Shown here piece after piece: positions 57,601 to 64,000 of a DNA stretch of 64,000 nt. A model generated the notes under the pieces. It was not told where the DNA came from and did no database searches. It was given only the letters and a program-made list of their open reading frames with translations. The stretch spans positions 1 to 64,000 of the IMG/VR virus record IMGVR_UViG_2852743531_000003; one strand, 5' to 3'. The position numbers and the translations under genes were made by a program. The stretch comes from a virus (Duplodnaviria; Caudoviricetes). How positions within the stretch are numbered: the first letter of the stretch is position 1; every line of letters begins with the position of its first letter.

Positions 57601-60600
57601 CCTCCTGATCGCCGACGAGACGCTTGCGTGGCTTTGGCAGACGCTCGAACAGGATGTCGCGGATTTCGGTCAGGCGCTGCGTGATGGTCTTCGAACCGGC
57701 AAAGACAATGCCGTCCGGTCCCATCATCCTGTTGAACCAATCCGAAAGCCCCCTGAATGGCGAAAGCGCGAGATCCTTGAGAACGCCAGCCCCCTTTCTG
57801 ATCGCCTTGAAATAGCCCTTTACCGGCGCCATGACCAACGCCGCGAGCTTCATGAGCGGCGTGCGGATGGGATGCCCCTGTGCATCGACCAGGCCGCGCG
57901 CGAGGTCCTCTTTCCTCAGTACGACCTTCGGATAGCTCCGGTCGCTATAGTCGACTACCGGCCCGTCGATCATGCCGGGGCGCAGGATGACCTTGTCTTC
58001 GTGCAACTGTGAGCGGTAGGCGCCCGCGCGCATCATGATGGCCAGCAACCTCGGCTCGGTCTCGCCCTTGACGTAGATGTCGACGGGCGGGTCGAGATAT
58101 TCGAGACCACGTCTGGCAAGCGCAATGCCCTTTGTGACGGTCTTCGCCGCCATCGAGAAGACGTCGCCCGTCATGAACTCAGCAGCGCGGCCAATGAGCT
58201 TGCGGCCCGCGCCAAAAGCCGAGATGAGTTTTGCCTTCAACCGCCCCTTCGCATAGGCGCGTTTGATGTCTTTCGATTGCAGCACGACATTGTCATTGTC
58301 GGCGCTGTCAATCACATCGCCCTTGATGTCCTTGTACGAACGGATGACGGCACCGGTCGCCCTGTCGCGGTAGTGGCCAAGTCGCATTTTCCAGGCAAGC
58401 AGTACCGGCTCGCTGGATTCGGGCAGGTAGACATCCTTCAGGCTCGCGACGTAATCGAGCCCCTTCTGGCCGCCCTCCTTCGCGAGATCAACGCCACCGC
58501 GAATCATGCGCGCGCCGAGATGTTCGGACTTCGTCATCCAGTCCCAGCCCGTGCGCACAGCCGATGTCGCTGCCTGCCGCGCGCCCCGCAGCGTGTCGAC
58601 ACCCGCGCTGGCAAGATCGCGCACGGTCCAGTCCGAAAAGCGCTTGCCCCAGCGCGAACCTTTCAGCCTCTCACCGAGTTCGCCAAGCCTGCCTGCCGCA
58701 CCGCTTGCTGCACGACCGGCGGCGCCCTTGATGCGACCGCCGATTCCGGAGACATCCGGTACGTGAAACAGCCCCTCCTCGATCTTTTTCTGGATGACAA
58801 GGAGCGTCTCGTAGATTTTCGCGACCAATGGCTTGCTGCTGTGCTCCCTGAATTGCTCCCTGAGCACATCAATGACGGCGCCCATCGGTCCATGCACCGC
58901 GCCCGCGGTATCGGCAGGCGTGAAGCGCCGCCCCGCCCCGAACGCCGGAACCGCGCCAGGCTGCAACGACCTTCCCCACTTCTGCTGCAGGAAGCGTTCA
59001 ACATCGTGCGCGGTACTGCCATGCCGCTGCACAGGCATGGGCTCTTCCTGCAGCGCCATGCTCGCCGTTTGCACCTGCGCGGACGGCTGGATGCTGGCGA
59101 TGCCTGTGACACCTGCGGCAGGAGCGATGGCTGGAACCACGCGGCGCGCGCCACCCGTGAACGGTTGGGAAACGACAACGCCGGCACGCCGTGTCTTCGT
59201 GGTTGCCTTCGCGCGGTGCGGCGGCACGCGCGCGAATGTCCTGATGGGGCGCGGAGCATGACGACGCGCGGCCATCGGCGCGACACCTGAAATCCCTGCA
59301 GAGCCCGGGGTTCCCCGCAGATCGCCTGCGCCCGGCTCAACGCCCGGCGTGTATTCTCCGGACAGGTACCAGTCAATCAGCCGGTTCTGGTCGATCATGC
59401 CGTCCTTAACGATACCGGCGTCTTCGGCGAACTCGAGCATGCCGGCATTGATGAGGCTCTGGACCATCTCGCGCGGATCGGCAATGCCCCCACCCAGATA
59501 GGCGAAGCGCGCATGAAACGCCTTCTGCCTCTCCTCCCGATCCTGCGAGGCATAGTTCTGGAACAGCTGGGCAAACGTGCCCGCGTGCTTCGCCTCGTCG
59601 CCGGCATAGCTCCACAGATCGCTGTAACGTTTGAGCGACCCGGTACGGTTGGCAAAGTTGTCGCGCACAAGGCGCCGGATCAACATCTGCCGCTGCTCCG
59701 CGCTCAGCTTTACGCCACTGTTTTTTTCCAGATCATCGATGAGTGAGCCGGCGTGCTCCTGGACGTGTTGCCGGTCGCGCGGCTGCACAATCGACTCGAA
59801 TGCGCGTTTGAAGGTCAGTGAACGCTCGCGGAACCGGTTGCCTGACCAGTCGAACGATGTAAGCTCGACTTTCGTGTCTCCCGTGCGCAGGATCTGCAAC
59901 TCGCGATAGATCCGCGCGAGAAACCCGGGGATGATTTCGGTGATCGACTTTCTGACGAGATGCGTAAAAGGTGCGGGCTCCTGCAGGTTGCGCAGGTTGT
60001 CGACGTGGACGCCCGTCTGCACCGCGTTCGCCCTGATGATCTGGTTCTTCAGCCACTGTACGGCCGAGCCCACCACCGGCGTGTCGTTGAGCCTGTCCGA
60101 ATACGCGAACTCGGTCAGATGCTGGGGCACGCTCTGCGCGAAGTGACCGGCCGTGTGGCCGTGCCGCTCAATGAAGTCGCCAACGCGCGTGCCCTTGAGC
60201 GTGCGGCCAATGCGTGACCCGAGCACAGAAGCGAGACCCTGGGCCGCAAGACCGCCCGCCATGTCCCCGGCCATCTCCGCCTTCGATGGCCCGATTCCGT
60301 CCATCCCCGACATGCCGGCGCCCACGTCTGCCATGCCAAGACCCATCTGTGCGCTACCGACGAGGTTGCGCAGCGATGAGGTAAGTGACGACCTGATCTG
60401 TCCGGTCAGTGCCCGCATGAAGTTGCTGCGCTGACCGAGAAACCAACTGCCCGCATTGCCCATGAACTTGTTGCGCAACAGCGTCGGCCAGTCCTCGCGC
60501 ATCTTCACCTTGAGCAGATCGGGCAGCGCGGTGTTCTTCTGGATGTTTTCGAGCAGCTCACGCGTGGCCACGCCCTGTTTTCTCTGCTCCATCAGCGCAT

Positions 60601-61306
60601 CCATCGCCACGAAGTAGTGGCGCAGCTGCACTTCAAGCGACTTGCGCTGGTAGTTGACCGTCACACGGTCCTGATAGTCTGCAAGCCGCTGCAGCGCGAG
60701 TCTGATCGAGTTCAGATGTCCAAGCTGGCTGTTCGTGCGATCGGTCTCGATCTGCTTCAGGATATCGGCTTCGGCCTTGTCCTCGGCACGTTGTTGCGCC
60801 TGCGTCTGCGCCTGGTAGCTGAAGATGTCCCCGAGTGTCGCCTGCAGCGAGGCATGACGCGCGGCCTCGGCAGACAGGCCGGTGGTGCCTGTGTCCGCCG
60901 ATTCCGCCCAGGATTTGAGGCGGTCCTGCGCGCTTTTCGGCAAAAACTTACCGCCAGCCGGCAAAAGTTTGCCGACGGCGCGCTTGAGTTCATTCTGGAT
61001 CGGCTTTACTTCGCGTACCGAAGCATTGTATAGATCCCGGATCGATGATGCGGCCTCGTCTGCCCGGTCCAGCGCCTGTCCATAGCCGGTCGGCAATGCC
61101 GAGCGCAGCGTCCTGTTCAGAAATGACTTGCTGCGCACCCCCTCCCAGACACCGCCTGCACCGCCCTTGACGAACTCTTTCGCGTGCTTCGCGACCGGCA
61201 CGCGATCATCCCGCTTTGCTTTCTCCCTGTAATTGAATTCCGGAATATCCAGATCTGCATCGAAGCCGAAACCGTCGTCGGCCTTGAACGATTTCTTTCT
61301 GAACAT
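54605..61306 (-). CDS. Large tail protein with lytic transglycosylase domain (phiKZ gp181-like, tape-measure-like)
   Basis: 2233 aa. SITEIIPGFLARI motif, a Gly/Ala-rich hydrophobic stretch, and an SLT domain IESAFNP..SSASGLFQFINSTW...YLAHFLGPGGA. Confidence 0.88.
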   Translation of the reverse strand: MFRKKSFKADDGFGFDADLDIPEFNYREKAKRDDRVPVAKHAKEFVKGGAGGVWEGVRSKSFLNRTLRSALPTGYGQALDRADEAASSIRDLYNASVREVKPIQNELKRAVGKLLPAGGKFLPKSAQDRLKSWAESADTGTTGLSAEAARHASLQATLGDIFSYQAQTQAQQRAEDKAEADILKQIETDRTNSQLGHLNSIRLALQRLADYQDRVTVNYQRKSLEVQLRHYFVAMDALMEQRKQGVATRELLENIQKNTALPDLLKVKMREDWPTLLRNKFMGNAGSWFLGQRSNFMRALTGQIRSSLTSSLRNLVGSAQMGLGMADVGAGMSGMDGIGPSKAEMAGDMAGGLAAQGLASVLGSRIGRTLKGTRVGDFIERHGHTAGHFAQSVPQHLTEFAYSDRLNDTPVVGSAVQWLKNQIIRANAVQTGVHVDNLRNLQEPAPFTHLVRKSITEIIPGFLARIYRELQILRTGDTKVELTSFDWSGNRFRERSLTFKRAFESIVQPRDRQHVQEHAGSLIDDLEKNSGVKLSAEQRQMLIRRLVRDNFANRTGSLKRYSDLWSYAGDEAKHAGTFAQLFQNYASQDREERQKAFHARFAYLGGGIADPREMVQSLINAGMLEFAEDAGIVKDGMIDQNRLIDWYLSGEYTPGVEPGAGDLRGTPGSAGISGVAPMAARRHAPRPIRTFARVPPHRAKATTKTRRAGVVVSQPFTGGARRVVPAIAPAAGVTGIASIQPSAQVQTASMALQEEPMPVQRHGSTAHDVERFLQQKWGRSLQPGAVPAFGAGRRFTPADTAGAVHGPMGAVIDVLREQFREHSSKPLVAKIYETLLVIQKKIEEGLFHVPDVSGIGGRIKGAAGRAASGAAGRLGELGERLKGSRWGKRFSDWTVRDLASAGVDTLRGARQAATSAVRTGWDWMTKSEHLGARMIRGGVDLAKEGGQKGLDYVASLKDVYLPESSEPVLLAWKMRLGHYRDRATGAVIRSYKDIKGDVIDSADNDNVVLQSKDIKRAYAKGRLKAKLISAFGAGRKLIGRAAEFMTGDVFSMAAKTVTKGIALARRGLEYLDPPVDIYVKGETEPRLLAIMMRAGAYRSQLHEDKVILRPGMIDGPVVDYSDRSYPKVVLRKEDLARGLVDAQGHPIRTPLMKLAALVMAPVKGYFKAIRKGAGVLKDLALSPFRGLSDWFNRMMGPDGIVFAGSKTITQRLTEIRDILFERLPKPRKRLVGDQEGTGVITNSWEDLERKRRLADREKPGGAATGEAGGSKGLLAGLGSLLGRLRGRGKRDGEGEDGKDGSGLMGDAQNWLERKLGRWGGGRLLKGAMKGVKRAGRGLGALAGGGRKLLGRGIGSVLGRTALTGGAEALAGEGLAAAGATGTLGLGGSLAGMGGLAGGLATAGEVIGGGLAAVGSFLSLPVVLGAAAVAGAGYLAYRGIRRLLEKKPGALASVRIAQYGFLPDDHDSVKAILTLEDTLMKGVYYRNGRADVSGKSINFREIVAPFDIDPANRGEVANFATWYLRRFKPVFCTHLTVLKSMGQNISLPEVDERLRRKEDRQQYLKAVSWPTGPYKEMRSPFHGSILTLHRSLTLDAGPKEVATYVAAAQAAIDSMRADQPSTGKAAALKVGAAAASSVATEAGKAAADQKKKADAAQRLQTARDVTPASTPARDQGKGWTDLLTDRIQSGVGTVGSLMAGMWDSVKDVAGNLISGVESAAAGGASRAWDVAKRAGTAVGTMAGKVVSGVKETVAGVAGAAGGAIRTGLQALGGRIGQLPLPIGRGWSAVKDLIGKAASMVGVDPILLAAIGAIESAFNPSAKAGTSSASGLFQFINSTWQTMLRKYGSKYDIPPNTPQTDPRASALMGAEFIKENVAALKGVKATITPTDVYLAHFLGPGGAKQLLKADPGTDAVALMPGPAAANRSIFFNRDGSHRSVAGVYAEIGRRVQLGLKQTGVTTGAVDVASAPVKTGKGAGVADTAIKAPAPGASGVGANATNAPADAGPAKPASPASAKAPSPATGAAAIAPTTPGMTGVGGAGSATAASAAGPATASKSATAGAMIPVTNTSQGDPLSVVPRQPAVAAAVTLADASVARTRLAGAISNVPSKIPFAGGSPAAPFAQFGFGPGSVKLIDQGPKSLMTIQQAQHDEHMDALGGVGETLDRSLKVHEQALDVLKAMYDLMQQAVKQGARSGAGNLAAGANAAAASTVQSLPSTSRPMPTAPVSMAKMA

Positions 61307-61386
61307 GACGTTTCCCAGATCAGGTTGAAACCAGTGACTCCCTCATAGTTCTTCTCCGCTTGCATTCATTAACGGAGGATGTGCGC

Positions 61387-63015
61387 ATGCCCGAGCGTTC
61401 TGCCATCCCCTTCAATATCCGGCTACTCGACCTCACTCCCGCGCGGCTGCAGAACATCCGCCCCGTCACCTCGCTCGAATTCTTCGATGGAAACAGCCAG
61501 AACTTTCATCCGGAAGGGCTTTTTTCGACGCTGATCTTTGGCAGGGTTGGTGACGAAAAGCGCTCGCTGCGGTTTTCGTATATCGATATCCGGGTACCGG
61601 TCTTTCACCCCGTCATCTATCGCGCGCTCACGAGCCTCAAGCAGCTGTACAAGGACGTTATCGCGGGCAGCCAGTACGCTGTGTGGAATGACGTAACGAA
61701 AGACTTCGATCGTAGCGACACACTTAACGGACAGACCGGGTTTCATTTCTTTGTTTCGCACTGGCACGACATCCAGTTCTCCGAAACAAAAAGCGACGAG
61801 CGTCAGGCAAAACTCCAGCTGCTCCAGAAATATCGCGAGAAGGCAATGACCTCGAAGATTGTCGTCATGCCAGCCGGCATGCGTGACCTCGAATTTACCG
61901 ACGACGGGCGCATCCGGGAAGACGAGACGAACACGATCTACCGCTCGATCATCGCCCGCTCGAACAGCGTCAACGAAAACACCGTCAGACGCAATCCCGA
62001 ACTCATCGACACCGTCCGCTACAGCCTCCAGACCACCTTCAACCAGCTCTATGACCATCTCGAAAGCATGGTCGAAGGCAAGCACAAGCTGCTGCTGGGG
62101 AGGTGGGCAAGCCGCCGGATCTTCGATGGCACCCGCAACGTTGTTACTGCCATGGATGCCTCGCAGAGCTATCTGGGCTCGACCGGCTCCACCGGTCTGA
62201 ACGATCATGTGGCGGGCCTGTACCAGACGCTCAAGGCCGCCAGACCGCTCGCGGTCTATCACATCCGCGCGGGGTTTCTGCAGTCGGTTTTCCCGGGACC
62301 CAACGAGCCGGCCCGGCTCGTCAACCGGAAGACGCTCGGGAGCGAACCCGTGCAGTTACGGCCTGAATACTACGATCGATGGGCGACCATCGAGGGCATC
62401 GAGAAGCTGCTCACGCTCTTCGGCGAGGAGAGCCTGCGCCATCGGGTCATCGAGATCGATGGCCGCTATCTGGGTCTCATTTACAAGGGGCCCGACATGA
62501 CCTTCCGGCTCATGAACAATATCGATGAACTGCCCGGCCATCTTGACCAGCAGCACGTCTTTCCCCTCACGTTCTGCGAGCTCCTTTACTGCTCCACCTA
62601 CCGGCATATGAACAAGGTGGCGGCCTTTCTCACGCGCTATCCCATCACGGGCCTGGGGTCGGTTGTGCCGGGAAAGATCCACATGCGCACCACCATCCGC
62701 AACGAGATTCGCCGCGAGCTCGGCGCGGACTGGACGCCACTCGGCGAGGACTACGTTGCTCACGAGTTTCCTATCAGGGATGGTGAATTCATCAACAGCA
62801 TTGTGGTCGCGCCCGCGCTTCTTGGCGAGCTCGGTATGGATTTCGATGGCGACACCGGATCGCTCAATCTCGCCTACACGGACGACTCGATCCAGGAGGT
62901 CGACGCGTTTCTCAGAAGCCGCAAGGCCTACATCGGACCCGATGGCAGACCGCTCAAGAGCTGCGCCGTCTCCACGGTCGATCTCGTCCTGCACAACATG
63001 ACCGGCGACGCCTGA
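61387..63015 (+). CDS. Virion RNA polymerase beta' subunit carrying the catalytic motif (phiKZ gp180-like)
   Basis: FHPEGLFSTLIFG, WASRRIFDGTRNV, RYP and catalytic DFDGD. GGAGG RBS. Confidence 0.92.
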   Translation: MPERSAIPFNIRLLDLTPARLQNIRPVTSLEFFDGNSQNFHPEGLFSTLIFGRVGDEKRSLRFSYIDIRVPVFHPVIYRALTSLKQLYKDVIAGSQYAVWNDVTKDFDRSDTLNGQTGFHFFVSHWHDIQFSETKSDERQAKLQLLQKYREKAMTSKIVVMPAGMRDLEFTDDGRIREDETNTIYRSIIARSNSVNENTVRRNPELIDTVRYSLQTTFNQLYDHLESMVEGKHKLLLGRWASRRIFDGTRNVVTAMDASQSYLGSTGSTGLNDHVAGLYQTLKAARPLAVYHIRAGFLQSVFPGPNEPARLVNRKTLGSEPVQLRPEYYDRWATIEGIEKLLTLFGEESLRHRVIEIDGRYLGLIYKGPDMTFRLMNNIDELPGHLDQQHVFPLTFCELLYCSTYRHMNKVAAFLTRYPITGLGSVVPGKIHMRTTIRNEIRRELGADWTPLGEDYVAHEFPIRDGEFINSIVVAPALLGELGMDFDGDTGSLNLAYTDDSIQEVDAFLRSRKAYIGPDGRPLKSCAVSTVDLVLHNMTGDA

Positions 63016-63037
63016 CAGGCACCGTGACCTGAACCGG

Positions 63038-63066
63038 GCATCGCATCGGAGCATCGCATCGGAGCA
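63038..63066 (+). repeat. 13-bp tandem repeat GCATCGCATCGGA x2 (plus GCA)
   Basis: Exact tandem copy in the gap between the RNAP genes. It duplicates the GGAG RBS. Confidence 0.8.
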
Positions 63067-63070
63067 GCTC

Positions 63071-64000
63071 ATGGCCGTCCTCTTCGAGACGTGGTACCGG
63101 CAGTTTGGTGTACGTCGCTCCAACCAGCTCGTCCAGCCACCGCTGCCCGGCATGGACCGCCTCATCCTTCCACGACGCAGCCTGTTTCACTATCCTGGCA
63201 CGGGCCCGCTCGATGACGGACCCGATGCGACACAGCTGGAGTTCAGGGGGATCACCCGCCCCATCCTCGTGCACCACGTGGTCAGGCAGTCCGTCAATCT
63301 GGGTAACCCGCGACCGTTACCCACGCCCGTCGCCACCCTCGCCTCACGCTTCTTCCAGAAGAAGCGCCGCTACAAGAAGCTGGTGAATTTCGAAACCGCC
63401 ACGAGGGACGACAACACGCTATGCGTTTTCAACTATGCGTTCCTGTGGCGCACGTACCGCTATGCGCGCTCGATCTACGCCGGTACCTGGCAGTGGCACA
63501 ACATCAACGAAACCCTCTGGATGCAGGTCACGGAAGTCGCCAGCCGCTCGAACCGCAACCAGTTCATACCCGTGGCGTTGCCAGCCGTCCTGCCATGTCT
63601 GACCGACCTTAAGCTCGGCGAAATGGGACAGCCGATGGGTCAAATGAGCCAGCGTCTGGTCAAGCGCTTTGCCGCCCACGAATCGCTCATGATCCTCGAG
63701 ATCTGGAAATGGCTGGGAGAAAACCGCAAGGCTTCGATGATCTCCCATGTTCCCGACGACAGGCTCAGCCGCGTAAACCTGATCCTTGAGGAAAGCGGTC
63801 GCTGGTTCGTCGTCAATCTTGGCACGCTCAACGGCTGGCGCGTAGCCACGAAGGAAGAGCTCGAAGCGAATCCCGAAGCGAACCGGCACGGGTTCGAGCC
63901 CAACCGCATCCAGCGTTATTTCCTGCGCATGCTCATGACGCTCATGGAAGTGCGCACAGCCGCCGCGCCCGAAGTCAGCGCGCAAAGCGGCGCGGCGCGG
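63071..64000 (+). CDS. Virion RNA polymerase beta subunit, N-terminal part (phiKZ gp178-like), truncated by the window end
   Basis: Not in the ORF track. Reads MAVLFETWYRQFGVRRSNQLVQPP..LPRRSLFHY..GNPR..RNQFIPVALPAVLP and appears open to the edge. Follows the gp180-like gene. Confidence 0.8.
   Translation, partial: MAVLFETWYRQFGVRRSNQLVQPPLPGMDRLILPRRSLFHYPGTGPLDDGPDATQLEFRGITRPILVHHVVRQSVNLGNPRPLPTPVATLASRFFQKKRRYKKLVNFETATRDDNTLCVFNYAFLWRTYRYARSIYAGTWQWHNINETLWMQVTEVASRSNRNQFIPVALPAVLPCLTDLKLGEMGQPMGQMSQRLVKRFAAHESLMILEIWKWLGENRKASMISHVPDDRLSRVNLILEESGRWFVVNLGTLNGWRVATKEELEANPEANRHGFEPNRIQRYFLRMLMTLMEVRTAAAPEVSAQSGAAR

Noticed and set aside
61387-64000. Introns or inteins in RNAP genes, or stop-codon reassignment
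   Set aside because: Core genes read through at expected lengths in the standard code, with no intein or homing endonuclease motifs seen.

Overview
This window is a 64-kb segment of a phiKZ-like jumbo phage genome (Chimalliviridae-type gene set). It is unusually GC-rich for this group (roughly 60%+ by eye, with Burkholderiales-like codon usage; the host is an inference). Diagnostic core genes are three virion RNA polymerase subunits (gp149-, gp180- and partial gp178-like), a 2233-aa tail lytic-transglycosylase protein (gp181-like) with its gp182-like neighbour, a probable portal, a baseplate spike, a gp130/gp131-like fibre cluster, UvsX, RNase H, SbcC and RuvC. The phiKZ gp numbers come from recalled motifs and synteny, not from a search. 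Accessory material sits between core blocks: plasmid-like small genes, two solitary DNA methyltransferase-like genes, local paralog families (one copy frameshifted), two secreted NlpC/P60-type hydrolases, and a lower-GC type II restriction-modification cassette. The most notable observations are: (i) three adjacent fibre paralogs whose six HxxxxxNPH motifs are spaced in near-identical register (48/48/48/33-34/48-50 aa), suggesting a 1:1:1 heterotrimeric fibre; (ii) an intact R-M system inside a phage lineage that normally shields its DNA in a nucleus; (iii) hints that this may be a temperate or plasmid-like phiKZ relative. I saw no tRNA, rRNA, CRISPR array, integrase or transposase.
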